Shown: positions 10,504 to 21,217, counted from the stretch's first letter. The stretch is DNA of 64,000 bases from Candidatus Melainabacteria bacterium 17Bon1m (GCA_032128875.1 JAVLKG010000001.1:96001-160000), one strand, 5' to 3'. Numbers and translations are program-made. The notes: generated by a model from the sequence alone, not told the origin.

Positions 10504-11543
10504 ACAGCAATCTCCTGCTTGTCCGATTCAAATTCAGATGGTGGTGAAATTTTGTGTGGAGGTTGTTGTGCCTCTCGAGGGTGTTTGTGGAGATCAGTTA
10601 CCAGCCCGACTGCCTCCATCATGCGTAAGGCGTAGTATGTGACATCGATTTCCCACCAGAAAATACCTTGTCTAGCCGCTCCCGGAAATCGATGATGGTT
10701 GTTATGCCACCCTTCACCAAGGGTGATCAACGCTAGGGCTAGATTGTTTTTGCTTTCGTCGTCAGTTGCAAATCGTCTACTGCCAAAAATATGCCCTACA
10801 GAGTTTATGCAGCATGTCCCGTGAAACAGAACTACAGTGCTGACGAAGAATCCCCAGACTAATAGCTGCGGACCTGATGTTTGTAGCTGCGGACAGAATA
10901 TTTTGAGCATGTCGCCGACGATAAGAAGTGTGAGTGCTAAGAGAAATGGAGGCACCCAATCAAATCGATTGACGAGGACCAGTTCTGGGTATTTGGCTAG
11001 ATCAGGAATTGCGCTGTAGTCTGTGGGGATGTTCGCACTGGATGTTATCCATCCTATGTGTGACCAGAGAAAACCTTTTTGCACGGGAGAGTGCACATCA
11101 TTTTCTTTGTCCGATTCTCTGTGGTGGGTGCGGTGGTGTGCCGCCCACCATAATGGTCCGCGTTGTCCCGAGGTGGCTCCCCATACGGCGAAAACAAATT
11201 GCATAAATCGAGAAGTCGAGAATGAACGATGCGAGAAATAACGATGGTAAAAGCCGGTTATAGCAAACATCCGCAGCCAATAAAGACTGATTGCGACAAA
11301 CAAAGTGAAAATGCTCGGTTTGACCCAGAATGCCGCAAGACATGCAGCATGTAGTGCGATAAAAGGAATGCAGCGAGACGGCTCCACTGTTTTAGCTCTT
11401 GCACGAACAACTTCTGCGCCTTCTGCAAAGTAATCTGAGTCAAGGGATCGAATCAGGTTCGACAGAGAATTTCGCGCACGCGACAGCAAGTCGCTTCTTC
11501 CACAACTCACCGGCTTGATCTCCTGGGTATGAACTTCCACCAT
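10500..11543 (-). CDS. Membrane fatty-acid (delta-9 type) desaturase
   Basis: His boxes HRYFSH, HRTHH and HNNHH. Start uncertain (ATG 11543 or TTG 11597). Confidence 0.92.
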   Translation of the reverse strand: MVEVHTQEIKPVSCGRSDLLSRARNSLSNLIRSLDSDYFAEGAEVVRARAKTVEPSRCIPFIALHAACLAAFWVKPSIFTLFVAISLYWLRMFAITGFYHRYFSHRSFSTSRFMQFVFAVWGATSGQRGPLWWAAHHRTHHRESDKENDVHSPVQKGFLWSHIGWITSSANIPTDYSAIPDLAKYPELVLVNRFDWVPPFLLALTLLIVGDMLKIFCPQLQTSGPQLLVWGFFVSTVVLFHGTCCINSVGHIFGSRRFATDDESKNNLALALITLGEGWHNNHHRFPGAARQGIFWWEIDVTYYALRMMEAVGLVTDLHKHPREAQQPPHKISPPSEFESDKQEIAV

Positions 11544-11600
11544 TAGCGTAGTTTCCAACCGTGAACGAGCTGTGAACCGGCTGACCTCGCGGTTCAAAAT

Positions 11601-12548
11601 CTAAACAAGGGCTGTATTCAATGCTTGGGCCGGGGCCCAGAAGTTGCGAATTTTTTCGATCGCAAGTTCTTTTCCGCGTGCTTCTACTTCAATCCACCCG
11701 ACATCGGCAAAACAATCGGGCATTACATCGATGAAATCGCTGTGTCTGCGGTCGTGAAGCCCGGTTGTGCCGTTCGAAATATGGACTAGCTGCCAGTCTT
11801 CATTTGGGTGCCAGGTGCTTCGCGCTGCTTCCATTGCTTTTCTAATTCCTGGATCCGTGTAATCGAGGCATTTTTCCATGATCAGATGGTGATGAGCGTC
11901 AAAAATCATGCTCAGGCCAGTCTCGCAACAGATTGAAAGAATTGTGTTAGACGAATATGAAATTTCGTCGTTCTCCAGGGTCAGGCGGCTGCGAATAGTC
12001 TCGGGAAGCTCATTGATAGTGCGTTTTAGAATTTTCTCGTTGCCCCTTTTGCCGCCATGAATAATGATGGCGTTGTAAGCGCTTCTGGAAAGCCCCATCA
12101 TGTCGAAAATATCGGCATGCATCTGCAGCACCGTAATGCTATTGTCAATGACTTTCTGCGAGTCCGAGCTGAGCACGACAAACTGGTCTGGGTGCGCAAC
12201 GATACGTACGCCAAGACTTTCGGCGGTGCTGCCGATTTTTGAGAGTTGTTTTGCAAATGTCCGAAGTATTGTCAGTCCTTCAGGTGTGTCTGCGAAAGGG
12301 AAGATAGATGAAGGCATGCGATATAGCTTGATCTTGCGCTCTTGGCAGAAATGCAGTGCCTTCTCGAGCATCTGTAAGTTATCCGAGTAAATACTCGAAA
12401 TTACACGCGCTCGCTCCTCTTCACCTAAGGACAAATAGCGCGTTCTGGTTACGGTTCGATATCGAATCTCCTCACCGAACGAGATGCAGACCAGACCTAA
12501 TTCTGGGCGGCCTAATGGTTTTTCACCTTTTTGCACCTTTCTTGGCAT
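11601..12548 (-). CDS. uvsE: UV DNA damage endonuclease UvsE/UvdE
   Basis: LGLVC, HPDQFVVLSS, RLTLENDE, FDAHHH and EVEARGKE motifs. Confidence 0.92.
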   Translation of the reverse strand: MPRKVQKGEKPLGRPELGLVCISFGEEIRYRTVTRTRYLSLGEEERARVISSIYSDNLQMLEKALHFCQERKIKLYRMPSSIFPFADTPEGLTILRTFAKQLSKIGSTAESLGVRIVAHPDQFVVLSSDSQKVIDNSITVLQMHADIFDMMGLSRSAYNAIIIHGGKRGNEKILKRTINELPETIRSRLTLENDEISYSSNTILSICCETGLSMIFDAHHHLIMEKCLDYTDPGIRKAMEAARSTWHPNEDWQLVHISNGTTGLHDRRHSDFIDVMPDCFADVGWIEVEARGKELAIEKIRNFWAPAQALNTALV

Positions 12549-12650
12549 ACACGTACCATGTCACTTGTTTGAGCTTGACAAAAACAAGTGAACGTCAGGT
12601 GAACAGGCAGTGATAACATTGTGACCGCTTGGATCCTGAGAGGTCTTCTC

Positions 12651-13007
12651 ATGAAAGAAAAAATCACTGTCTACGAAAAACCGACCTGCAGTAAGTGCCG
12701 CGAGGTGGACAAAATATTGCGGGAAGCGGGAGCCGACTACGAGAAAATCAACTATTACGTTCAGCCGCTTTCTCAGACCAAACTGACTGAATTGCTCAAA
12801 AAGATGGGCATTCCAGCGCGCGACCTTTTGCGCACCAGCGAAGCAACATACAAGGAGTTAGGTCTCGCAAAGGCTGAATTAAGCGATAAAGAGATAGTCG
12901 CTTTGATGGTGAAACACCCCGAGCTCATTCAGCGACCAATTGTCGAACGGGGCGATAAGGCGGTTCTGGGGCGACCGGTGGAAAACATTCGCCCTCTGTT
13001 GAAATAG
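12651..13007 (+). CDS. ArsC/Spx family reductase-like protein
   Basis: YEKPTCSKCR and HPELIQRPIV motifs; GAGG upstream of ATG 12651. Confidence 0.88.
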   Translation: MKEKITVYEKPTCSKCREVDKILREAGADYEKINYYVQPLSQTKLTELLKKMGIPARDLLRTSEATYKELGLAKAELSDKEIVALMVKHPELIQRPIVERGDKAVLGRPVENIRPLLK

Positions 13008-13036
13008 TAGTTTGGATAAGATGCCGCGCCTATTGT

Positions 13037-13843
13037 CTAGTTGGTTGGCGTGACGATGCCTGCTTTGGCTTCCAGGTCTTGCTCTAGTTTGAATAGATTG
13101 AGTTGGGTTTCGAACGCTGACGGTGTCACGCGCACATCACCGTTGAACGGATCGTCGTATGATGCCAGCAAGAAGAGGTTTAAGCAAATCACCAGACTGA
13201 CCATAGAAACCATGATTATTTGAATTTTCAAGTTTTCTGCGGCGAAGAAATAAGTGAAGAGAATGGTTGCTGCTCCACCCAGGAAAAGCACTGCCCATAG
13301 TACTTTCGGCAGACCAGCGTGGAGTGCCTCGATGCGCATTCTGCGACTGTTGCCGAGACTTTCCATCGCGTCCAAAAGCGCAGTCTGAGTATTACTCTGT
13401 CTTTGAGTTGTTGGTTCGTATGTGGTACAGACGTTCCATAATTGTCTGTAGATGACCCACGCTTTCGGGCTATCTTTATGCAGCGCGAGCATAGCCCACT
13501 CGTCGTTAACTACTTCGTATGCGTACTTGTAGCAAAGATCGCGCAATCGATCGTGGTTTGCTTTTGGCAAGCCTTCGGCAAGGCGAAATACGTTAGCCAG
13601 AGAGGAGGCTTCTTGTTGTACGGTTTCTCTGGCTTCGCCGAAGCGCTGCATTGAATCTGCCACCATAAAACCGAGTAGCACAGCGAAGAGCATCGCGACA
13701 AACTGAGAATACGGGTCGGTGATATCGTGCTGTCCTTTAAGCTCAGGATGGTATTTATCGAGCCATCTTCTTGCGACGAGCAATCCGAGGACTGAAAATA
13801 TAACTACACCAAGTGTGATAAGCAGTCCTTGTACCAAAGTCAA
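13037..13843 (-). CDS. DUF4239-like membrane protein
   Basis: Several TM segments, FAVLLGF and a C-terminal DDPFNGDVRV motif. Confidence 0.7.
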   Translation of the reverse strand: MTLVQGLLITLGVVIFSVLGLLVARRWLDKYHPELKGQHDITDPYSQFVAMLFAVLLGFMVADSMQRFGEARETVQQEASSLANVFRLAEGLPKANHDRLRDLCYKYAYEVVNDEWAMLALHKDSPKAWVIYRQLWNVCTTYEPTTQRQSNTQTALLDAMESLGNSRRMRIEALHAGLPKVLWAVLFLGGAATILFTYFFAAENLKIQIIMVSMVSLVICLNLFLLASYDDPFNGDVRVTPSAFETQLNLFKLEQDLEAKAGIVTPTN

Positions 13844-13946
13844 GCTCCTATATTCTCCATTTCGAAATTACGCTAACACGCAGCGCGGAAGCACTTCAAT
13901 AGCAGTCCATTATCGCAAGGTTGTCGAAAGCTTGTGTGAGAGTTTA

Positions 13947-15119
13947 CTACTCTGTTTTGCTTTGACCCGGCTCGCTGGATACTAAAATCTCCAGGGTCAG
14001 CTTGGCGCCTTTTCCTTGTTGAGAATCAAACCAAACTCTGGCTGGATAGATGCACGCGATCAATTCGGAGCGCTCACGAATGATACTGGAGCCGCTGCCG
14101 CCTGCGCGCGTGCGCGGCGCTGGTTTTTCCGTGTCATACCCGACGCCGTTGTCGGCGATGGTCATGGTAAAGACCTTTTGGATAAGCTCAATGGACAGCG
14201 TCACTTCAGATGCTGACGCGTGTTTGGCTATGTTGTTAAAACATTCCTGCGCGATCCGATAGATGTGGAGTGAAACCTCCTGCGGAAAGTCGGGAAGCAC
14301 CGGCGGGCATACAAAATTAGTCCTGCAGCCTACTCTGGTGGAAAGGCTACTGCAAAGCTCTTCGATCATCGGGCGTAAGCCGCAGTCTTTCAGATCTCGC
14401 GGCGACAACTCCTGGCATACATCGCGCAATCTCTTGGCAATCTCGTCGAGCACTGAAACTGCTTCCTCTGTTGACAATGGTTTGCCGCCAGAAACAGATC
14501 TTCTAAGCAGCATTACATTGCCAAGAACTACATCATGCAGATCGCGGGCAAGATTATTTTGAATCGCTTCTTGCTGGTCGACGATTTTTTGTACAAGCGC
14601 ATGCTTTTCTGCAACCAGCGATCTGACTGTTCCGGCAAAGCTTTGCCCTCCTGCAATCAACCGCATCGGTTCGGGCATGTCATCGAAGTCATGTCGAGTG
14701 CGCCCGACGACGTCTTTGAATAATCCGCGCATCAGCGCATTCATTTCGTCGCCTGTGACGATCACGTCGTTTACCATCCAGGCGCCGGAGCCGCCATCAT
14801 GTACTCGCAGCGTGAGCTTTGCGCGCGATGGCAATTCGCTGCTCGGCAAATTCATCAATTCCGTTGCCGGCAAAATAAAAGCTTCAACAAGTCCCGCGCG
14901 ACCGCGCATACTGAGCGCCCATTGCGATGTTGCCACCACTAAGCGTTTGGGTGCGTTTTCCACACCGTCTGCAACGATAACACGCTGCGTCGTCATCTTG
15001 AGCAACTCGTCGTGCACTGTCGAGTTGTAGCGTTTGCCCAGAAGCGTGAAAAACTCTTGCAGAGAATTCAGCAGAACTTCTGAGGCTTCTTCGCGTTGTT
15101 TGTTTTCCAACTTGCTCAT
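13947..15119 (-). CDS. NarX/UhpB-type (HisKA_3) histidine kinase, no TM segments
   Basis: LARDLHD, YRIAQECFNNIAKHA and DNGVG motifs. Confidence 0.88.
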   Translation of the reverse strand: MSKLENKQREEASEVLLNSLQEFFTLLGKRYNSTVHDELLKMTTQRVIVADGVENAPKRLVVATSQWALSMRGRAGLVEAFILPATELMNLPSSELPSRAKLTLRVHDGGSGAWMVNDVIVTGDEMNALMRGLFKDVVGRTRHDFDDMPEPMRLIAGGQSFAGTVRSLVAEKHALVQKIVDQQEAIQNNLARDLHDVVLGNVMLLRRSVSGGKPLSTEEAVSVLDEIAKRLRDVCQELSPRDLKDCGLRPMIEELCSSLSTRVGCRTNFVCPPVLPDFPQEVSLHIYRIAQECFNNIAKHASASEVTLSIELIQKVFTMTIADNGVGYDTEKPAPRTRAGGSGSSIIRERSELIACIYPARVWFDSQQGKGAKLTLEILVSSEPGQSKTE

Positions 15120-15754
15120 GGTGCAGGATCCAGTTTGCCATACCCATTGTCTACAGCCCAGGCGATGAGCGCCTCCCTGCTTTCGACACCTAACTTGTCC
15201 AAGAGCGCATCAACTTGTTTGCGCACTGTTTCGGGTGATGTAAATCGCTTTTCGCCAATCTCTTGATACTTCATTCCGCGCGCCAATAGTGTGAGCAAGT
15301 GCTGTTCTGCACCGGTGACTTTGGGATGTTGAGTTTTGTCGAGTTCGGCAGAAATGACAGGTACATTGCCGGTCGCCACCTGCCTTATCGCGTCGGCGAC
15401 TTTAGCGATGGGCTCTGACTTTAAAAGATATCCGGATACGCCTGTTTGCAAAACGATCTGCAAAATTGCGGCGCGTGCATCACCGGAGAAAACAATTACG
15501 CGCGTGTCTTGTAGCGCGCAAAATGACTCGGTGAGCGACTTCGGACCTTCCGAGTCGGGCAAATGCAGATCGAGCAAGACTATATTGGGATGCAGATTTT
15601 TCGCGAGGTTCAATCCTTCTTCGCTGGTGGTGGCGATTCCAGCGACTTCAAAATCGGCTTCAGCAGAGAGTTCGCTGCGCAATCCTTTGAGCGTTGCTTC
15701 GTGATCTTCAACGAGCAGGATTTTGATTTTTGATTTGGTCTGCTTTTTTGTCAT
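15116..15754 (-). CDS. NarL/LuxR family response regulator
   Basis: ILLVEDH...LLDLHLP receiver domain plus C-terminal HTH; overlaps the kinase start. Confidence 0.92.
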   Translation of the reverse strand: MTKKQTKSKIKILLVEDHEATLKGLRSELSAEADFEVAGIATTSEEGLNLAKNLHPNIVLLDLHLPDSEGPKSLTESFCALQDTRVIVFSGDARAAILQIVLQTGVSGYLLKSEPIAKVADAIRQVATGNVPVISAELDKTQHPKVTGAEQHLLTLLARGMKYQEIGEKRFTSPETVRKQVDALLDKLGVESREALIAWAVDNGYGKLDPAP

Positions 15755-15869
15755 TGATCTTGTGAGACAAAGGTCTTGAGCGAACCTGCGTTATCCTGCA
15801 CGTTGCAAACTTCGGCGATCTCTCAAACGAGTTAACCGCTTATCAGTTTACGGTATTCCGGCAATAAGT

Positions 15870-16652
15870 CTACTTCGAGTCCGCTGTAGTCGGCACTTGT
15901 GCTTCGACTTCCTTGTATTCGACCGCGATAATGGTGACGTTGTCCGGCGCGTTTCTATCCAAAACCATCTTCAGCAGTTCGTCGCACGCTTCCTGAGGAA
16001 CCGTGTGATTGGCGACTGTCGGACCAAGCTCATCGGGCTTCACAACTTCGGAGAGTCCATCGGTGCAAAGGATGATCCAGTCTTTGTCTTGCAACTGCTT
16101 CGTCGAATAATCGACCTCGACATTCTCCTCGTGACCGAGGCATCTCGTGATCAAATTTCTGTACGGATTCACAGCGCATTGATCAAGCGTCAGCTGTCCG
16201 CGCAAGTGCATCTCCATAACCACCGAATGGTCGATGGTCAGAACATCAGCCTTGCCCTCGCGTACCAAAGTTGTTCTCGAATCGCCGGCGTGGGCGATGT
16301 GCAATAAGCCTTCCTCGCCAAATACCGCCATCACAATGGTCGTTCCCATCGTCTTTTTGTCGTCGCTAGCGTCGGCAGCTTGTTTTACTGATGTGTTCGC
16401 CTCTGCGACGGCACGCCGCATCCAGGCTTCAACCGCTTGCGGGTCGGATAAATTGGGTTTTTCGGAGAGCCAGAGTGTCTCGACTGTTTCCACCGCCAAC
16501 CGGCTGGCGAGTGCCCCACCGGTTTCGCCGCCGACGCCGTCGCAAACGACCAGGCAGCGTTCATCTTCGCTTATATAAAAATTGTCCTGGTTGTCTTTGC
16601 GCTTCAGTCCCACATCGGTAACGCCTGCGCTCTTCCAGGTCAAATTGACCAT
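15870..16652 (-). CDS. PP2C-family Ser/Thr protein phosphatase
   Basis: TDVGLKRKDNQD, VCDGVGG, MGTT, GDSR, LCTDGL and DNVT motifs. Confidence 0.94.
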   Translation of the reverse strand: MVNLTWKSAGVTDVGLKRKDNQDNFYISEDERCLVVCDGVGGETGGALASRLAVETVETLWLSEKPNLSDPQAVEAWMRRAVAEANTSVKQAADASDDKKTMGTTIVMAVFGEEGLLHIAHAGDSRTTLVREGKADVLTIDHSVVMEMHLRGQLTLDQCAVNPYRNLITRCLGHEENVEVDYSTKQLQDKDWIILCTDGLSEVVKPDELGPTVANHTVPQEACDELLKMVLDRNAPDNVTIIAVEYKEVEAQVPTTADSK

Positions 16653-16949
16653 AAAATCCTCTCTTGTCCCTTAATCGCCACAGCGGTTGTCATTCCGCTT
16701 TCTCGCCTTCCTATCATTCTATTGCCCAGCCCTCACATCCGTGTATTCCCGAAAACGGGTATTTCGTAGAAGCTAACTCTGTTTGGGTTTTCGGGTTTTC
16801 CAATGTCCGGAGCCCGATAAAATTTCCGGTCGGCAGGGCTTTGCCCACGTAAACAGTCTTGAATCCATGCAATGGGACGACCGGTGTGGCTTTGAAAGGT
16901 TCCAACCCCATTAATTGCCGTGGGACATTAACTAAATCGCCCGCCAGTT

Positions 16950-16978
16950 TTGACATTCGGGCGTTTTCGTGGCATACT
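16950..16978 (+). promoter_or_regulatory. sigma70-type promoter of the DEAD-box helicase
   Basis: TTGACA-17 nt-CATACT with extended TG. Confidence 0.6.
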
Positions 16979-17161
16979 GAGGTTAATCTTGGCAGGTGAG
17001 GTCTCCAGCGGCTCATAAATGTCATGACGGTAAATTAGCCCAGCGGGCTACGACGAACTCAAATTTAGAAGTTCATTCCTCAGCGCAATCGGCGCGGCTA
17101 TTGGAAACAGCTGGCAGTCAGCCACTGAAACAAGAAGTTTGAAGACAAAGGAAAACTGACA

Positions 17162-18331
17162 TTGCAGAAATTTGCGGAGCTTGGCTTGTCCAAGCCGGTT
17201 TTGGCTGCCCTGCAGGACGCAGGAATTAGCGAACCAACAACAATTCAAAGACGAACTATCGGCGTAATTCTGGACGGACACAATCTGCTTGCCTCTGCCG
17301 AAACAGGCTCTGGTAAGACCGCAGCGTTCGGGCTGCCGATTGTTGAGTGCTTGCAAGAACCAAGTGATAAGCCCCGGGCGCTAGTCTTAGTCCCGACGCG
17401 CGAACTGGCTGTGCAAGTAAGCTCACAGTTCAAACTATTCAGCAAGAATTTGAAATTAAAAGTAGTCACCTTATATGGTGGCGCAGGTATGGATCAGCAG
17501 TTGCGTTCGCTGCGTGGAAATGTCGACATTATTGTTGCAACCCCGGGCAGACTCAACGATTACCTCGAGCGCAAAGCTGTCGACTTGAGCAAAGTTGAAA
17601 TGTTGGTGCTCGATGAAGCCGACCGACTTCTTGATCTTGGTTTTATGCCTCAGGTTCGGCGGATTATTTCCAAGGTGAATAAAGAACGTCAGACTTTGAT
17701 GTTCTCTGCGACTATTGATGATCGTATAGCTAGGCTCAGTAACGAGTTTTCAGAAGACCCTGTGATCGTCAAAGTGAATACAGAACGCGTTGATGCTGCA
17801 ACAGTCGATCAACAGTTCGTTCATGTCACTGAGTTCAATAAAGACGCTCTACTGCTGAAACTGCTCAGCGATTTCGGCGCTGAAGCCGTGCTTGTATTTA
17901 CTCGCACTAAGCGCAAAGCCGGCTGGGTCAGCGATCGTTTGCAAGACGCAAAAGTCATTGCGGAAGAAATTCACGGTGATTTGTCTCAGTCGCAGCGTGA
18001 GCGAGCGCTGAAAAAATTTCGAACCGGTGAGATCGCAGTGCTTGTTGCTACCGATGTAGCCGCACGCGGACTGGACATTCCGACTATCAGTCACGTGGTC
18101 AATTATGATCTTCCTGACACACCTGAAGATTACGTCCACAGAATCGGACGTACCGGTCGCGCCGGCAAGTCTGGAACAGCTGTTTCCTTTATCTCGGAAG
18201 AGCAGCGTCACCTGGTGCGAGACATTGAGAAGGTGGTCGGAAGACAGTTTGAGTCGACCGGAACAAACGGTGCTCAACCGGAAGTGCGTAAAGTCCTTCC
18301 AGCACGCCGATTCCGCCGCGGACGCAGATAA
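17162..18331 (+). CDS. DEAD-box RNA helicase
   Basis: AETGSGKT, PTRELA, TPGRL, DEAD, SAT, ARGLD and HRIGRTGR motifs. Confidence 0.96.
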   Translation: MQKFAELGLSKPVLAALQDAGISEPTTIQRRTIGVILDGHNLLASAETGSGKTAAFGLPIVECLQEPSDKPRALVLVPTRELAVQVSSQFKLFSKNLKLKVVTLYGGAGMDQQLRSLRGNVDIIVATPGRLNDYLERKAVDLSKVEMLVLDEADRLLDLGFMPQVRRIISKVNKERQTLMFSATIDDRIARLSNEFSEDPVIVKVNTERVDAATVDQQFVHVTEFNKDALLLKLLSDFGAEAVLVFTRTKRKAGWVSDRLQDAKVIAEEIHGDLSQSQRERALKKFRTGEIAVLVATDVAARGLDIPTISHVVNYDLPDTPEDYVHRIGRTGRAGKSGTAVSFISEEQRHLVRDIEKVVGRQFESTGTNGAQPEVRKVLPARRFRRGRR

Positions 18332-18343
18332 TCTGGCTTTTCG

Positions 18344-19288
18344 TCATTTAACGGCTGCAGGTGCAGGCGCTGCGGATGCGCGTCTTTGCTCGTAAGCTTT
18401 TACATTGCAATACGCGATTTCCAGAATTGGAACCGTCACATTTTTCTCTTTCGCTTTGTCTATCAAATCGCCAATGATTTGATCGGCTTCTACGTTGTTG
18501 CCGCGTTCAACATCTCTGCACATTGATGCCGCAAGCGTCGACGCCGGGTCGGACAATCTTCCGCACATATTTTTGACGAAGCTATCCGGTGGATTGCATC
18601 CGTGTGCGCGCGCAACACTTACGCACTCTTCAAACAGTTTTGTAGCAATCTCTGGTCCGCCGGGTGAGCGAGCAACCTCACCAACATTGGCTCTCATCAG
18701 CGTTGTCAGCGCTGCAAGCGATGAAATCATTACCCACTTTTCCCAAATGTCGGCGATTATTGTCTCGCTTGCTTTCGATGTACAGTTTGCCGGCTCGAAC
18801 ATCTTTTCTATTGCACTAATGCGCTCGCTTGGCTTTCCATCGAGTTCTCCGAACTTTATGGTGTGCATGTCATTCAAATGCGCAATGTTTCCGTCTGCAT
18901 CCATTGTTGCTGCAATTATGCAAAAACCGCCGATGACGCGCTCTGCACCAAAACGAGATTTGAGTTCTTCAAAATGCCGCATTCCGTTGAGAAGCGGAAG
19001 TATTGCCGTTTTTTCTCCAACTGCCCCGCTAATTGCATCGAGTGCGCTTTGCAGATCATAGGCCTTGCAGGAGAGGATAATGAGGTCGAAAGGCTCCGTC
19101 GCCTTTTCGATGATCTTCAAATCCGTTAAAAGACTATCGCCATATTTGCTCTTAATCGACAATCCGCGCTGGCGTAAATCCTTTGCTCGCTGGGCGCGTA
19201 GAAGGAAAGTCACATCGGCTCCCGTCTCCAGTAGCCTGCCGCCGAAATAGCCGCCTGTTGCGCCAGCTCCCAGTACCAGGGTTCGCAT
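18344..19288 (-). CDS. panE: 2-dehydropantoate 2-reductase
   Basis: LGAGATGGYFG, LLNG, WEKW and SMCRD motifs; GAGGAG upstream of ATG 19288. Confidence 0.88.
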   Translation of the reverse strand: MRTLVLGAGATGGYFGGRLLETGADVTFLLRAQRAKDLRQRGLSIKSKYGDSLLTDLKIIEKATEPFDLIILSCKAYDLQSALDAISGAVGEKTAILPLLNGMRHFEELKSRFGAERVIGGFCIIAATMDADGNIAHLNDMHTIKFGELDGKPSERISAIEKMFEPANCTSKASETIIADIWEKWVMISSLAALTTLMRANVGEVARSPGGPEIATKLFEECVSVARAHGCNPPDSFVKNMCGRLSDPASTLAASMCRDVERGNNVEADQIIGDLIDKAKEKNVTVPILEIAYCNVKAYEQRRASAAPAPAAVK

Positions 19289-19549
19289 ACGTGTCTCCTC
19301 AATCGCCAATCCCACAAGTTTAGTACCCAAACAACAAAAAAGGACGGCTATATACCGCTTGAACGTATTCAATGCCAGAAATTGCGGACCTTTAGGCACT
19401 TTAAGTTTAACGCTGTGGTAACTTTCATGTTTATGCTCTATAAAGTAAAGGGATTTCCTTCGGCGACCCGGCGCCCGTGCTTGTCAAATGTCCGAAGCCA
19501 TTTCGGACAACGGTGACAGAGAGTTTCTTCGTGGAATCGTGGGTAACCA

Positions 19550-20632
19550 ATGAAGTTCTCAGACAATCTTTTATCAACCAGCACATACTTCAAACTTTTA
19601 GCCGAGTCTATTCCGAATTTCGTCTGGACAGCGGATTCTTCCGGCTACTGCGACTACTTCAATCAGCGCTGGTACAACTACACTGGCTGCAACGAGAGTG
19701 AGTCAACAGGCTGGGAGTGGCAAAAATGTATTCACGAAGACGACTTGCAACGTTGTCTGATGCGCTGGAAAGCAGCCATCGCCTCCGGCGAGGGGTATGA
19801 GACCGAGTACCGAATCCGGCGTCACGACGGTATTTACCGCTGGCACATCGGGCGAGCTCTGCCTGTCAAAGATGCAGAAGGCAATATAGTGAAGTGGTTT
19901 GGCACTTGCACAGACGTGCATACGCAAAAAACTCTCCTTGAAGAGCGCGAGACATTTGCTGCTGCGATAACGCATGATCTGAAATCACCGCTTGTTGGTT
20001 CCAATTTGATCTTGGAAGTTTTGCTTTCCGAGAAGATTGGAGGACTCAATGAGAAGCAGCTCGATTTGATTTCGCAGATTCTGGCGAGCAATCGAAATAT
20101 TCTCTCTCTCTTGCAATCACTTCTTGAATTTTATCGAGAAGATCAAAACTTGCAGAGTCTCTATATCGAGAGCTTGGATCTTGGAACCCTCGTTACAGAT
20201 TGTGTTAGCGATATTCAAGTGCAGGCTGAATCTCGCAATATAAAGCTCAGCGTAGAAAGCCTCGCTGAGCCTTGTACTGTCTCAATTGATGGTCTTGCAA
20301 TCAGGCGTGTTTTGCAGAACCTGTTAGACAATGCAATCAAGTTCACCGCAGATGGTGGCGAAATTAAGGTGCATTTGTCGTCCGACGCGCAATTTTTCAA
20401 GCTGGTAGTGGAGGATTTTGGTGCGGGCATTGAGAAAGATGTGCAATCCACACTCTTTCAGCCTTTCACGCAAGGTCCAACGGGGCGACGGTATACCCTT
20501 GGCTCGGGGCTTGGACTCTACTTGTGTAGGCAAATTGTCGAGGCTCATCAAGGCCGCATTACATGCGAAAGTGAGTTGGGAGTTGGTTCTAAGTTTATCG
20601 TTCTCTTGCCCTGCACGAAAAACGGTGTATAG
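19550..20632 (+). CDS. PAS/PAC sensor histidine kinase
   Basis: PAS_3 domain (IHEDDL, YRIRRHDGIYRW), THDLKSPL, NLLDNAIKF and GSGLGL. Confidence 0.92.
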   Translation: MKFSDNLLSTSTYFKLLAESIPNFVWTADSSGYCDYFNQRWYNYTGCNESESTGWEWQKCIHEDDLQRCLMRWKAAIASGEGYETEYRIRRHDGIYRWHIGRALPVKDAEGNIVKWFGTCTDVHTQKTLLEERETFAAAITHDLKSPLVGSNLILEVLLSEKIGGLNEKQLDLISQILASNRNILSLLQSLLEFYREDQNLQSLYIESLDLGTLVTDCVSDIQVQAESRNIKLSVESLAEPCTVSIDGLAIRRVLQNLLDNAIKFTADGGEIKVHLSSDAQFFKLVVEDFGAGIEKDVQSTLFQPFTQGPTGRRYTLGSGLGLYLCRQIVEAHQGRITCESELGVGSKFIVLLPCTKNGV

Positions 20633-20848
20633 ATTGTGACATTGAGACCTTATCTCTGTGCGGGATTCGCATTTTGAAAGGTAGAAGAAAAACTCGTGAT
20701 TTACACTGAAATTAGGCCGCAAGAAATTACCGCGTTATTCGAAGATGCTACCGCGTGAGCGTTTCGGGTGAGGTTAGTTTTTAGTTTCAAGCGTATAGTA
20801 GAGATAGCGGCAACTTTTGGGCAAGGTTTGTCCGCTTGAGGTATCCGT

Positions 20849-21217
20849 ATGGACAATGAGGAATCTCTCGCTGTAGAGATATCGCCAGAGGCGCAGAAGT
20901 TTCTGCGAAATCATATTCAGTCAGTCTGGCAACTTGAACTCATTCTCTTCATGAAAGAGAAGGGCAATGCTTTGTCCGTCACTGAGATTGCATCGAAGCT
21001 GTATTCGAATCCTCGTGTAATCGAAACCGCGCTTACGGATTTCGTTCGCGGTGGGATCATAAAAGAGAAAGAAAGCCAAAATGTCTACGCGTTCGATCCT
21101 GATTCTGTCGAAATGACGAATGCCATAGAACAAGCGGGAAAAGCGTACGCAAACAAAAGGCTGTCAGTTATCAACTTCATTTTTTCAAAAACTGACGGCG
21201 ATAAAAAACGCGCATGA
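20849..21217 (+). CDS. Hypothetical protein, possible winged HTH
   Basis: GAGG RBS; IQSVWQLELIL...SVTEIASKLY pattern. Confidence 0.65.
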   Translation: MDNEESLAVEISPEAQKFLRNHIQSVWQLELILFMKEKGNALSVTEIASKLYSNPRVIETALTDFVRGGIIKEKESQNVYAFDPDSVEMTNAIEQAGKAYANKRLSVINFIFSKTDGDKKRA

